A stretch of DNA of 64,000 bases. Origin: Candidatus Bathyarchaeota archaeon (GTDB taxonomy: Archaea > Thermoproteota > Bathyarchaeia > Bathyarchaeales > Bathycorpusculaceae). Below, piece after piece: positions 28,702 to 40,340 of the stretch (the stretch's first letter is position 1; each line of letters starts with the position of its first letter). The DNA is taken from contig CAVZIW010000001.1 in the NCBI GenBank assembly GCA_963775465.1, forward strand, positions 288,001 through 352,000, written 5' to 3'. The notes beneath the pieces were generated by a model, which made no database searches, was not told the origin of the DNA, and saw only the letters and a list, made by a program, of their open reading frames with translations. A program made the translations under genes and the position numbers.

Positions 28702-28956
28702 TCCTGAGTCAAAAACGAAGATTTTATTGACAATCTGAAGTATTGAGAACTAACAAAAAGTAAAAAGATAATAACTCATAAGTTTTGGTTTTGTTCAGAT
28801 ATTGGATTTGTTGTTGATTACATAACTAAAAGTTAAAAAGGGTTCTTCTGAAAGGAAAACATGGAGACGTTTTTCTTTTATGAGTAATATTAGAGTGCTA
28901 TTGTAATCTATTTGATTTGGACCAAAATGACCATAAATCTGCGATAGAAAAAGTGA

Positions 28957-30579
28957 TTATTTACCTCGCTTGAAATTAGCAATTGAAGATTTTCTTTTAA
29001 CGATGATTTCAACCAATGTAAGGGGAATTTCTATTATTTTAGAAATAATGCCTAAGCCATGAAACATGGCTCTTAGATTGTTAATGTCATTTTGTTTTAT
29101 TGTTCCAATTAATGAAATAGAGGGCAGATAGATAATCAAGAAAAGCAGAAGACCTAAACCGAGCTTTATCCAATCCGACAGCGAAAAAATAGCTAGAAAA
29201 GCATATACTACCGTTGCGGAGAGCAATGATGAAAGAAATATTTTTGCAGAAGAGCCATAATCTATTTTGACTCCGTACTTTTTCCATGCTAAATATAAAT
29301 AAATAAACAAGCCTGGAACGCTCGAAATCAGCAAGCCTATTATCATCCCGTTTATACCTGCCAAGGGAATTAATATGAGCGCTAGAGGGACTCCAACTGC
29401 AAGTTGAATTATGGTCAATTTAAGTACTATTTTTGTGTCGCCTATTCCTGATGCGAAATTCATTACTGTCAGAGCGCCTAAACAGGAGAATAAATTTGTC
29501 AGAACGCCTAATGCTAAAAACTGTGGAGCAATTGCCCATTTGTCGCCGTATAATGCTCCGATTATGGGAGTTGATAACACTATTAGAATCATTGTTGCTG
29601 GAACAAGTAACAAAGCAGTATATTTAATTGAAGATGAAAAAACAGTTTTAACAAGTTCAAGTTCCTTTTTCGGGTCGAGTTTAGAGAAAGCTGGAAATAG
29701 AACAGTGTTTATTGGAACAGTAAAAAAAGCTAGCAAGATTGCGAAATTTGTTGAGACCTTGTAATTTCCTATCAACGTCAAATCTTTTATATTTGAAGCC
29801 ATAAGCAGAGAGTTAAATTGGATTAGCAGCCCAGCTAATATCCCCCCGATTGCTAGAGGGATACCATAACGAAGAAGAGGTTTTAGCGTTTTAGATAAAT
29901 CAGACTTATTAATTGTGACGTGTGGAATCTTTTTGAAGATTAAAGCGTATAAAAGAACTGCTGAAATTAGACACCCAACAACAGAAGTCAACACAAAACC
30001 AATCATTGCGCCTAAAGCCCCATAACCCAATATTATAAGAACTGGCGCAGTAACACTCTGCACTATTGCTTGAATAATAGATACCAAAGCGATAAGTTTC
30101 ATTTTATCGAAACCCACGAAAATACTTTGAATTACTGTAAATACCGAAGCTGAAAGGATACTAATTGAGGCAATTACCATTAGGAAAGCTGAACTTGGTT
30201 GTCCGAAGACAGATGTTGCTATATAAGTGGCTGTTAAAATGGATATAATACTTAGGAATAATGCAGTTGCTATTTCAAAAGTCAAGCCAGCAACTATCGT
30301 TTTGCGCAAATTCCCCTCATTCTTGTTGGCTCTAAATTGGGCACATTGTCTTGTAATTGCTGGACCAACACCCCAATCTTGGAATAATAGAAAAGTTGCT
30401 GAGGGAATCAAAGCGACAGCAAAAAGCCCATAGTCACTCTCAAGAATTAATAACCCTAAGATGATCGTTCCTATAGCCGCAATGACTGTTGAGGCGATTC
30501 TTCCTGCAAAAAGATAGAAGCTTCCTGAAGCAGAAATTTTGCCAATCTCAGCCACTTTGTCAGAAGATTCTTTTTCCAT
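28957..30579 (-). CDS. Oligosaccharide flippase (Wzx/MOP superfamily)
   Basis: About 14 TM helices; DYGL, YGIPL, IGNY, LFPAFSK, LYGDKW motifs. Confidence 0.92.
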   Translation of the reverse strand: MEKESSDKVAEIGKISASGSFYLFAGRIASTVIAAIGTIILGLLILESDYGLFAVALIPSATFLLFQDWGVGPAITRQCAQFRANKNEGNLRKTIVAGLTFEIATALFLSIISILTATYIATSVFGQPSSAFLMVIASISILSASVFTVIQSIFVGFDKMKLIALVSIIQAIVQSVTAPVLIILGYGALGAMIGFVLTSVVGCLISAVLLYALIFKKIPHVTINKSDLSKTLKPLLRYGIPLAIGGILAGLLIQFNSLLMASNIKDLTLIGNYKVSTNFAILLAFFTVPINTVLFPAFSKLDPKKELELVKTVFSSSIKYTALLLVPATMILIVLSTPIIGALYGDKWAIAPQFLALGVLTNLFSCLGALTVMNFASGIGDTKIVLKLTIIQLAVGVPLALILIPLAGINGMIIGLLISSVPGLFIYLYLAWKKYGVKIDYGSSAKIFLSSLLSATVVYAFLAIFSLSDWIKLGLGLLLFLIIYLPSISLIGTIKQNDINNLRAMFHGLGIISKIIEIPLTLVEIIVKRKSSIANFKRGK

Positions 30580-30879
30580 TTTTTACACGTCTAAATTAAA
30601 TTTTTTGAAAGGAGTCTAATAATTGCTTTTTGTTCTTTTTGCTATTAAGATCCTGGTTGATTGTTTGTTTTAAGAGTGAACTCTAAGAGGTGATAGCTCA
30701 ATTTATTTAAAGTAAGGCGAAACAAACATACCCTTTGACCGGGGCAATCGGGTAGTTCGCAGGGTTCAAAATTTTCATGATTTTCCTGAAAATAAATAAG
30801 TTTAGCTAAAAATAGGCTGCAAATGATCTGTTTTCCCAAGAAAGACCAAAACAGTGGGCAATAATGCTTTAAAACTTTT

Positions 30880-31794
30880 TTAAACGGAACGCCCAAGTAA
30901 TCGCGCTTGAAAAGGGCAAAACTCCATTTGATTGAGAGTGTTAAAGGTATCAGGGCTATTTACATTAAATACCGTTGTTTTCGACCAAACAATCCCCTTT
31001 TTAGAAAGAATTGTCGACAACTTGTTTAATACGTGAGGGATAACAGAGTCAGATGAAACATATAGTTCTACCGAACTAGTGCTAAGAAAAGGGCGTTTGA
31101 AAATCAATGCAATGGAATTTGCTGAATCAAAACTAAACGCATCTTTGATAAAAAAATGTTTGAACTCTTGCGAAAAACCGTTAATTATGTTACTGGGACT
31201 AAGCTCAAAGAAATCAACCCAATTAGAACTCATATATTCTTTGCATAGACTGAAAATTCTATCCTTATTCTTTTCAGGTCTAGCGGTTGCTGTTACTATT
31301 TTACCATTTCGTTCATAATGCATCTTTTCTGGAGATTGCCCACCCCACAACATTAAGCTGTCAACAATTAAATTGAAACCTCGTTCAAGATAAAAATTCA
31401 ACAATACACTATCATTGAAATCAGGGTTTAAATAAATCTTCTTTGCTCCATGTTCTTTTGCATAAGTCATTGAATAATTAAGTAGCTCAGTAGCCAAACC
31501 CATTCTCCTGTAAGTCGGAGAAACAAAAACAAATTTAATGCTATAAAGATATGATGTATATTTGATTAATGAGAGATAGCCTACCGCAAGGTTTTCTTGC
31601 GTATTAAAGATAACAAATCCAGTTGTATCAGGGGCTAAGCCAATTATTTTATTTAATCTGTTTGCCAATGTTTGATCTAGGACATGTTTGTAAACAAAGC
31701 CTGCCTTAAGCAAAGCATTCACATCTGTAGGGATCAACCTTCTAATAACGAATTTTTTGTTAATAGAAGAAGTATATTGCTTTTTCATTGTCAT
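30880..31794 (-). CDS. GNAT family N-acetyltransferase
   Basis: VFVSPTYRRMGLATELL acetyl-CoA motif A; NFYLERGF. Confidence 0.88.
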   Translation of the reverse strand: MTMKKQYTSSINKKFVIRRLIPTDVNALLKAGFVYKHVLDQTLANRLNKIIGLAPDTTGFVIFNTQENLAVGYLSLIKYTSYLYSIKFVFVSPTYRRMGLATELLNYSMTYAKEHGAKKIYLNPDFNDSVLLNFYLERGFNLIVDSLMLWGGQSPEKMHYERNGKIVTATARPEKNKDRIFSLCKEYMSSNWVDFFELSPSNIINGFSQEFKHFFIKDAFSFDSANSIALIFKRPFLSTSSVELYVSSDSVIPHVLNKLSTILSKKGIVWSKTTVFNVNSPDTFNTLNQMEFCPFQARLLGRSV

Positions 31795-31869
31795 GACTCA
31801 TTTAAACATGATTTCTAATTCCTAAACAAAATCTTGCTTGCAGATTGAAAATCCTAATTTGATCTTTAT

Positions 31870-33410
31870 TCAAGGCTTCCATTTCTCTATTCTCCGGTAT
31901 GCTACGATGGATATAATAGTAGATATTATCGCGACCCCACCAATTAAAACGAGTGAAGAAGGGGCTGAAACGGTAAAATCGGAGATAGATTTTGGAGAGA
32001 AAGTAGGCGAAGGAGAAGGAGTCACAGAAGGACTCGGAGAAGGCGAAGGAGAAGGAGTCACAGAAGGACTCGGAGAAGGAGAAGGCGAAGGAGTCACAGA
32101 AGGACTCGGAGAAGGAGAAGGAGAAGGAGTCACAGAAGGACTCGGAGAAGGCGAAGGAGAAGGAGTCACAGAAGGACTCGGAGAAGGCGAAGGAGAAGGA
32201 GTCACAGAAGGACTCGGAGAAGGCGAAGGAGAAGGAGTCACAGAAGGACTCGGAGAAGGCGAAGGAGAAGGAGTCACAGAAGGACTCGGAGAAGGCGAAG
32301 GAGAAGGAGTCACAGAAGGACTCGGAGAAGGCGAAGGAGAAGGAGTCACAGAAGGACTCGGAGAAGGCGAAGGAGAAGGAGTCACAGAAGGACTCGGAGA
32401 AGGCGAAGGAGAAGGAGTCACAGAAGGACTCGGAGAAGGCGAAGGAGAAGGAGTCACAGAAGGACTCGGAGAAGGCAGAAGGAGAAGGAGTCACAGAAGG
32501 ACTCGGAGAAGGCGAAGGAGAAGGAGTCACAGAAGGACTCGGAGAAGGCGAAGGAGAAGGAGTCACAGAAGGACTCGGAGAAGGCGAAGGAGAAGGAGTC
32601 ACAGAAGGACTCGGAGAAGGCGAAGCAAGATTAAGCGCTTGATTAACTGTTAAGATTTGTGCACCAGAAGTTTTTGCATAATCTAAGAACGATGCAAAAT
32701 CATCTATACTAATGCCGCCATACTGAATAGCTGTTTGTGTATTCACAACGTTATGAATATAAAAAATGGACCATTCGTTATTTCTTACTGTTCGGTCAAT
32801 CCAATTTTTTAGTGTCGGAAGCAAGTTTGGATATTGCGCACCTGAAGATTCACTATCTATACCAGGTAACTGGAATGGATGATTATCGACGGTTATAGGA
32901 GTATAAAATACTATGCGGGAAGAACGGTAATACTGGGAAACAATTGTGTCGGCGTGACTAAAATCTCCTGTACCAAAAGGATAAGCTAAGTTGTTCACAG
33001 TTAACCCATAAGACTCTAAAGTTGCTTTAGAACCTACACATTCAAATCTAATTTGCTCATCGGTTAAAGTGTTGAAATTGCTGTGGGTTACACCGTGACT
33101 GGCAATTTCGTTCCCAGCGCTTTGCATTTGCAGTAGTTCAGAAGGGCTTATTTGGTTAAACTGATGATAGGGATCATTGGCAACGTTTGTTGGAATATAG
33201 AATGTTCCCACAATACCTCTGTTCTGCATCATCGGAAATGCAACGGTGTATTGGTTACGTGTTCCATCATCGAAAGTAATTGAAATTACACCATGGTTTT
33301 CTTCTGACCTAACTATGCTTCCCAAAAAAGATAAGAAAAAGATTAAACAAAGTAATACAACAGCCAGATATTTTTTGTTCAATCCAAGAAATCTAAAATC
33401 GATATTCAAA
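31870..33410 (-). CDS. Membrane-anchored polysaccharide deacetylase (CE4/NodB) on a long Ser-Pro stalk; +1 frameshift at 32477
   Basis: [25 protein letters not shown]; removing A32477 joins the catalytic domain to ([12 protein letters not shown])n and a C-terminal TM. Confidence 0.88.
32005..32625. repeat. 17 x 36-bp coding tandem repeat
   Basis: Unit GTCACAGAAGGACTCGGAGAAGGCGAAGGAGAAGGA from 32021 to 32598 in 36-bp steps, with one 37-bp step. Confidence 0.97.
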
Positions 33411-33499
33411 TTTCCTTTACCAAAGGGTAAACACTCATGGTTAGGTATAAACCTAATTACCAATTTTGATAATAAGCCCGCGTAGAGCCGTCAAGCGAT

Positions 33500-34540
33500 T
33501 TAATTGTTTTTATTTAGTTTAATTACTCTATAAATATATCCGTAATCTATTGTCGCGGTATTTTCAAGTATAAATTTATGGTTCGGATCAAAGTTTATCT
33601 GCCAAAATTCACATTTACGGCAAATAGAATCATTCGGAAAAGCATTCTTTATTGCCGCTAAACGCAAAGCCTGATATTTAGGACCAAGCCAGATCTTTTT
33701 TAAAGATTCTTTTTTAGCATCTCCCAATTCCATTTTAAAAACATAGTCCAAGCAACAACCTGTTACTTTTCCATCCCAGCTAATTGCCATCGTTTCAAAT
33801 GGGAAAGAACAAAATGCAGGAGGCGCTCTCATTCTAAACTTGCCACTAATTTCAGACTTGTTCTCCCAAGTATTATCAGGTAAGATTGAAGGTATCAACG
33901 TTATCGAATCAACAAATTGAACCCATTCCCGATATACATCCAATTCTTGCTCTTCAGTCTTGCCATAATCACAAGTGCTCAAATGTATTTCAGGTTTTTT
34001 AGCACTACCACGTTTCTTAATTAGATATTTAATATTCTGCTCAATAGTGGGGTAGCTGGCGCCAATTCTTATTTTGTCATTAACTTCACCTACACCATCA
34101 ATACTAAAACCAATTGAATCAACTTTAAGGTCAACTACTAAATCTGACATAGCTTGATTGAAAAGCATACCGTTATCAATCCAAGAGACTGATCTTATTT
34201 TTCCTTGATCGCGTTTTATGATAGCATATTTTAAAAACTGTTTGAAGTCAGGATGAATTAGACTCTCTCCTCCAAAATGCAAATATAAGTTTTCAACCCC
34301 CATTTCAGATAGCTGATCTACACAGGCTTCAAACATTTTTCTAGACATGTAACCGGTTGTCTGCTTCAATTTTGAATAAATACACATTTTACATTGTAAG
34401 TTGCACTTGTTTGTTACCTCTAAGTAAGCGTTTTTCAGATCAGGGTAAACCATTTTCCGAAGCAAACTATTCTTGTAGATAAAAGGAAGAATAATATTCT
34501 TAAGCCGACCAAACACAGGTTTAGTACGCATAGAATCCAT
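33500..34540 (-). CDS. Radical SAM protein with SPASM/twitch domain
   Basis: CNLQCKMC (CxxxCxxC), GGESL, C-terminal CSFPF...WDGKVTGCCLD...CRKC. Confidence 0.93.
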   Translation of the reverse strand: MDSMRTKPVFGRLKNIILPFIYKNSLLRKMVYPDLKNAYLEVTNKCNLQCKMCIYSKLKQTTGYMSRKMFEACVDQLSEMGVENLYLHFGGESLIHPDFKQFLKYAIIKRDQGKIRSVSWIDNGMLFNQAMSDLVVDLKVDSIGFSIDGVGEVNDKIRIGASYPTIEQNIKYLIKKRGSAKKPEIHLSTCDYGKTEEQELDVYREWVQFVDSITLIPSILPDNTWENKSEISGKFRMRAPPAFCSFPFETMAISWDGKVTGCCLDYVFKMELGDAKKESLKKIWLGPKYQALRLAAIKNAFPNDSICRKCEFWQINFDPNHKFILENTATIDYGYIYRVIKLNKNN

Positions 34541-34732
34541 CTAGTTATAATTTAATAGTTGCTTCTTTCTTAATAACTTATATTCCGAAAATGAAAGTTT
34601 TGCTTGATCCCATTAGTATGTCTCGCTTGAGTTCTCATTTTTTATGAATTATTATTTTTTTCAAAAATTGTATTTTTTAATAAATGTGGTTTCTGGAGAG
34701 TATGAATAGAAGCAAAATAGCAAATGCTTAAT

Positions 34733-35695
34733 TTAGGAATCAAGTTTAGCTGATCCGTAATGCAGTTTAAATCGACGAAGCTCAAACTCATTTATCAAGT
34801 CCCATTTAAGTAGACCTGAGCCTTCTCTTAGAAGCCACCTACCTATTTCTCTATAGCAAAGCAGTCGGTCTGACAAATCTAATGACACGCGATTTACGGA
34901 TTTGAAATATTCTAAACAATTTTTCCAATGTGGTAGGACAATGATAGCATTGCTTCTTTTTCCTGTCCACCAGGCTAACTGCTTTCTATAATCTTGAAAG
35001 GCCATTATTTTTGAATAATAAACATTTGTGTATGCTTGTGGATGGTCTCTTCTGAAAAAAAGGTGTTCAGGAATTTCGTAAATGCGACCTAATAGACTTA
35101 GTTCAGCTAGTAAGTTCCTATCAGCATCAAGGTATTTTCCATGCAATGGAGTTTTCCTTAAACAACTTGAGCGCATAAGAGCGTGAATTGCCCAGCATGT
35201 GTTCCTCGGACTAATCATATCGCTAAAACGTTCATTTATTTTGTTGGAACTAATTTTGGTTAATGTTCTGTCATCGTAATTGCCTATTAACCTACCATTT
35301 TCATCAATGCGGCTTACTTTTGAATGACATAAAACAACAGAGGGGTCAGTGTCAAGAACATTTACACATTTTTTCAAATACTCTGGAGATAGTACATCAT
35401 CGTAAGCTGCCCACTTGAAATAATTACCGGATGATAACTTAAAAGACAGGTTATAATTCTCAGGTCCACCCAGATTTATTTTATTACGATAATATCGAAT
35501 ACGATTATCTTCTTCAGCGTATTTGCGACAAATCTGCTGGGTCTTATCTGTTGATGCATTGTCGGAAATTATCAACTCGAAGTCTGTATATGTCTGAGAA
35601 AGAATCGAATCTACTGCTTCGTTAAGATATTTTTCACCGTTGAAAACAGGAAGACCTATACTTACAGAGGGTTTGACAACATTCATCTTAGACAC
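34733..35695 (-). CDS. GT2 glycosyltransferase
   Basis: VSIGLPVFNGE, ISDNASTDKT, WAAYDD, FFRRDH. Confidence 0.93.
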   Translation of the reverse strand: MSKMNVVKPSVSIGLPVFNGEKYLNEAVDSILSQTYTDFELIISDNASTDKTQQICRKYAEEDNRIRYYRNKINLGGPENYNLSFKLSSGNYFKWAAYDDVLSPEYLKKCVNVLDTDPSVVLCHSKVSRIDENGRLIGNYDDRTLTKISSNKINERFSDMISPRNTCWAIHALMRSSCLRKTPLHGKYLDADRNLLAELSLLGRIYEIPEHLFFRRDHPQAYTNVYYSKIMAFQDYRKQLAWWTGKRSNAIIVLPHWKNCLEYFKSVNRVSLDLSDRLLCYREIGRWLLREGSGLLKWDLINEFELRRFKLHYGSAKLDS

Positions 35696-35789
35696 CTAAA
35701 GTGTTTTTTATTTGACAACAAATTGAAAAAAAATAATTCCTTTTTCTTTATGTTGCAGAGTATAATTGAATTAGGGTAATTTTGAAAAA

Positions 35790-36692
35790 CTATGTAATCT
35801 TTTCAAAAACAGCAATAAATTTTACATAGCATGAAGGATTTACTTCTTTTTCGTTAGTTAGAAATAGAAGGCTTAATTCTAGGTCGCCCAAATTATCCCT
35901 TATCCTTTTTGTGAAATGGGCAACATCGTAGAATCTTCCATGTCGATTCCCGTAACCTAATGTTGCATATAACAGTGCATCATCCTCAAAATCTAAGCTC
36001 TTTCGAAATAGCACAGAAGGGTCAGTTTGAATTGCATATTTATTGAAGAGATATAAAGGAATTATACAAAGCTTACCGCCCTTGCAAAGAACTCGGCTTG
36101 CTTCTTTAACAAATCTAATATCAGCGTCTTGTTCGAAATGTTCGAAGGAGCAATGCAAAGCCATTTTTGATGCACACCCATTTATAAGCGGCAAATTTCC
36201 AGCGTCTCCAATAATCATGTTACTTTTTGTTTCCTTCGAAGAGACTAAATCTATCCTGTATGTTTTGCAAGAAAAGACATTTCGATATATTTCAGCTACT
36301 GGTGAACTTGAGCTTGCCACATCGATGTAAATATCTTTGAATGATAAATCTAAAAGTTTAGCGGCCAGATAATGTTCTAAGGATTTTTCTACAATATTAT
36401 GCGCGTAAAATGGATAATTGCTGTAATTTGCTTTTTCCATGTAACGTTGATAGTCATTAATATCAACAGATATGTCAGTTATAGTGTATCCGCTCTTTTG
36501 TAACTCCTGTTTGATCGCAGCTTGAATTTTGACATCATGCGGAATTTGCCCTTTTACTTTTGGTTCCCTTAGTCTTAACCAAGAATATTCTCCTTTCAAT
36601 CTTATCTTGGCAGTATAGAGTTTTATCTTAAACTTTTCAGCTAAATTCAAATTAATTTCACTCATTTTTCTACGAATTACTCTTATACTCAA
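35790..36692 (-). CDS. Methyltransferase-fold protein
   Basis: YIDVAS, GDAGNLPL, HCSFEHFE, EASRVLCKGG. Confidence 0.75.
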   Translation of the reverse strand: MSIRVIRRKMSEINLNLAEKFKIKLYTAKIRLKGEYSWLRLREPKVKGQIPHDVKIQAAIKQELQKSGYTITDISVDINDYQRYMEKANYSNYPFYAHNIVEKSLEHYLAAKLLDLSFKDIYIDVASSSSPVAEIYRNVFSCKTYRIDLVSSKETKSNMIIGDAGNLPLINGCASKMALHCSFEHFEQDADIRFVKEASRVLCKGGKLCIIPLYLFNKYAIQTDPSVLFRKSLDFEDDALLYATLGYGNRHGRFYDVAHFTKRIRDNLGDLELSLLFLTNEKEVNPSCYVKFIAVFEKIT

Positions 36693-36694
36693 CT

Positions 36695-37909
36695 TTAAAA
36701 GAAGACATCAGTCGTCTTTTTTAGCTCCTTCTGCTGCTTATCAGCCAATGATATAGCCGTTTTCCTGTTTTGAATACCCATTTTTGTTATCTCTTCTCTT
36801 CCTAAAGCTACTAATTGTATTATTTTAGCCGCCAAGTCATAATAATCAAAATAAGAATATTCACACGGAAGAAAGTCGCCTCTAGCCCCGAATTTATCTG
36901 ACAAAACAACAAGTTCTGCAAGGGCATAATCATATTTTCTTTGGTTTGATCCGCCACCATGAATCCCAAGATTGATTCCAAACCACGACCTACTTAGAGT
37001 TTTTAGAAAGTCGGATCTACTTTCCAAATTAGAAAAATGTATTAGGTCTATATTTTTAGGGATTTTCTCCGGTTTCATGCCAATGACATAAACTCTAATG
37101 CTCTTACCAAAGCACGCCAAAGCCTTCAATACTTCTTCAAGCGTCTCAACAGCTAAAGAACCCCAATGGGCCCTCATTACTATACTTATGCTTGGTTCTT
37201 CATCTTTGGTTAAAAGAGAGATTTCTGACATAGGGTAAATATTTGGGTAAAAAATTGCTTCGTTAGCACCCATCTCAAGATACTTGAGCCTGTCTCTTTC
37301 GCTACAGGCGACTATCAAGTCAGGAATATCAATTGTTTTTTGCTCAAATTTTGCCATTATTTTAGATGTCGCCAAGCTGCACCCATAAAAGTCGCGAGCA
37401 ACGTCTGAAGTGACATAAATAACAGACCCAAACTTTTGAAGCAGCCGCAAGTCTACAGTTTTTAAGCTGAAAAACTCATCTACCAAAAAAATTTTCTTGG
37501 AGCTTGACCTTTCCAACAATTCCTTTAGGCCATCTGACTTTGAGGACCTCCCAAAATATTGATAGAGTACATTAAAAAGAGTTGTGACAAAACCGCCTGC
37601 ACGGATACGACCCTCAAGTTTCCCGTTAGTTAAACGCCTGACAAACCCATCATGCAGATCTTTGGGGCTTTTTAAAAAGTACAAGAAATAGTACATGAAT
37701 ATTCCGAATGTTGAAGAAGCTAATTCGATCTCATTGCCTGCACTTTTTTCATTAAATTGGTTTTTTCTGAAAACATGTATAAAACTAGCGTCATGATTTG
37801 ATTTTAAAATCCTTGCAATAAAATCTGCTTTAAGCGAAATATCTGTACCATCTCTAATGATAATTACTAATACCATTTTTCTGAGACCAACATTTGAAAT
37901 ATTATTCAT
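36695..37909 (-). CDS. Divergent GT-B fold glycosyltransferase-like protein
   Basis: DLIVACSERD, YPN, GGSNQRKYDYALAELVVLS...GARG resembles the GT4 G...K..E/D motif. Confidence 0.6.
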   Translation of the reverse strand: MNNISNVGLRKMVLVIIIRDGTDISLKADFIARILKSNHDASFIHVFRKNQFNEKSAGNEIELASSTFGIFMYYFLYFLKSPKDLHDGFVRRLTNGKLEGRIRAGGFVTTLFNVLYQYFGRSSKSDGLKELLERSSSKKIFLVDEFFSLKTVDLRLLQKFGSVIYVTSDVARDFYGCSLATSKIMAKFEQKTIDIPDLIVACSERDRLKYLEMGANEAIFYPNIYPMSEISLLTKDEEPSISIVMRAHWGSLAVETLEEVLKALACFGKSIRVYVIGMKPEKIPKNIDLIHFSNLESRSDFLKTLSRSWFGINLGIHGGGSNQRKYDYALAELVVLSDKFGARGDFLPCEYSYFDYYDLAAKIIQLVALGREEITKMGIQNRKTAISLADKQQKELKKTTDVFF

Positions 37910-38018
37910 TTCATACTGAATAAAGTGGTTTACTACAAAATAAATATCCTTTGAAACTAGTGCAAATTACCTAAAGCCAAATATATTAAAACATGAAGCA
38001 TGCTCAGGGTTTATCTTG

Positions 38019-40269
38019 TCAAGTATATGGCACTCGAAAATCTATTTCTCCGGCTCCATTCGAATAAATTTTATTTACAAAAGCATCCTGTGCTATTAAG
38101 AGCTGGAATTTGGCTAATATTAAAATGGAAGTCTACTTGAAAATCATAGGTTATAATTCCACTTATGCCATTAAACTCACTTAAGTAAATGTATGTAACG
38201 TTTGAATCAAAAGAAAAAGTGTTCTCGTGACGAATATAGGTCCCTTCAGCAACAGTTCCACTCGTGGTATTGGATAATATGAGCAACATACTTCTATCTA
38301 TTGTACTGTAACTATTCAAAACAAGGTCTAGAGACCCTCTATCACTAAACGTCCATTTTGATTCAATATCTCCATATCTTGAAATCCATGCAGCGCTAAA
38401 TACATCTCTTTCATGAATCAACCCATAAGAATTTTCCATTTTGCTTTTGCTTAAAGTAATTGAGGAAGGAATAGGATCATTGGTAACCTCGTAAACAAGT
38501 CCAGTTTGGAATAGGAAAAACGGAATCAATATTATTAAAGTCAATAGAAAACCGTAGTTCTTTTTTGTCTGTTCTGAGCTTACATTTGGAAAATTGTTTT
38601 GTGTAGATCGGCGTAATCGAGAAAATATCTTATAAACCGCAACAGTTCCTAAAACAAAGAGAGGTGCCAGAAACATAAGTATGATTTCATATAACCTTCC
38701 GAGTTCGAGCAACCCTGAAAAACGAGGAAGAACTACGGCAGAAATAAGCAAAACCAAACTTGCGAAAATGATCGAAAAGAATGTGGAGTCAAATTCTTTT
38801 TTTCGCCATTTGACTAATAATGAAATAAAACCAACCAGAATGAAAAGTACTGTAAGGTCATAAATTATTGTTCCTGCATAGTGCATTGTACTTGGTCTTG
38901 ATACGAGTCCAATTGCAGCTTGGACATCGCCGCCTCGAGCTGCTGACGAGAAAAATTCTGATAAGAAACTGCTAACAGTTGTCTGAATAACCCCGATAAA
39001 TTTAGAGAAGGGTCCTCCTGCGCCATAGGAAGCTTGAACTACAAATATATACCATAAGAACGTGAAACATAATGGGAATATAATAAATGTTGAACGAATT
39101 TTCGTAACAGCAGTCTTCCAAAAGACTTTTCCCCCAAGCCATGCAAAGACAATAAAAAACAAAAACATGAAATTCATTGAATAGTGCGAAACCAGCAAAC
39201 CAAAGAAGGCAATAATGAAGACGGCCCATTTACGGCCACCTTTAATCTCCCTGCTGAATAGAAGCAAGAACAGCATTATGAAAAATAACTCAGCAATCAT
39301 TTGTTTGACTTCGGATAGAATTAGCGTGAAGAACGCATAATTCGATACAAAGAAAATTACTGAGAGAAAAGCAATTTTTTCGCTCCAATATTGCTTGTAC
39401 AATAAGTACAAACCGAGTGGAAGTAGGGAAAAAAGAACAAGATATACAATTTTAAATATCCAGCCAGGATCAATATTCAACAAATTTGATAATACAGTAG
39501 GAAGAACAGTTATACTTAGCATGGCATTATCTGAAGATTGCTGGTAATTTGCGTTATTTTGTAGGTTCCAGAAAGAAGAGTTCTTTGTAGAAATAAAAGT
39601 GTTATATTCACTCTGAATGTCTGCACCATACTGATAATTTGAAATTAGAGTTTGACTTAATAAAAGAGCAATTGTTATTGAAAGTATAATCAAAGGATAG
39701 TAAAATGAGATTCTTGAAGATATATAAGAACTGAGAACGCCTAATACAACGATCGCTGCAATGGCGATTATTATGGAAACTGAAAGAAGATTGTTATTGT
39801 ATTCTCTAATTAATAATACTCCAACCATACTCAAAATTGGAAGAGCGAAAAGAGATAACAAGGGCCATAATTTTACGCCCTTTAAATCTAAGGGCGCCAG
39901 AGTTCTATTTTTAAGATAATCAACGATAATCAGTACAAAAACAGTTACATTAACTATTATTGCCATTGGCACAGTTGACAAAGGATTTAAAACAAGCTGT
40001 AAAGTTCCTAAGCTATTTATCAAAACTCCAACAAGCGATAAAAAGGCTACACTTAAACCTACAGAAAAAAGAACAGTTTCTACAATATTACTATGTCTTA
40101 TACCAAATAGACGCAGAAGAAGAAAACCAGGAATAATTGAAAAAAAAATGAACCCTAGAACCTGACGAACGAATGGAATATCAAAAACCAGTGAGATAAT
40201 GACTACTACCTGTATTGAAAGCAAATACGTCAATACAGAGAGATTTCTTTTTTCCATCCAATTTAGCAC
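38019..40269 (-). CDS. DUF2206 family multi-TM protein; +1 frameshift near 38088
   Basis: PGFLLLR, FSVGLS, G.DI..EY, NAMLSITVLP, SHYS; the shifted frame gives the terminal NKIYSNG motif ending at 38019. Confidence 0.85.
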
Positions 40270-40340
40270 TCTATTTAGATAAGGTTAATTCAAGCTCTTA
40301 AAAATCAATACCAAAAATATTCATTGTTGATCTTTAAATG

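Noticed and set aside
32005-32625. 36-bp periodic repeat as a CRISPR array
   Set aside because: Units are head-to-tail with no unique spacers, encode an in-frame Ser-Pro linker, and no cas genes are present.
31838-32653. + strand ORF of ([10 protein letters not shown])n and the ([12 protein letters not shown])n tail of ORF 31802-33463
   Set aside because: Antisense and shifted-frame readings of the tandem repeat; the Ser-Pro frame links the enzyme to its TM anchor.
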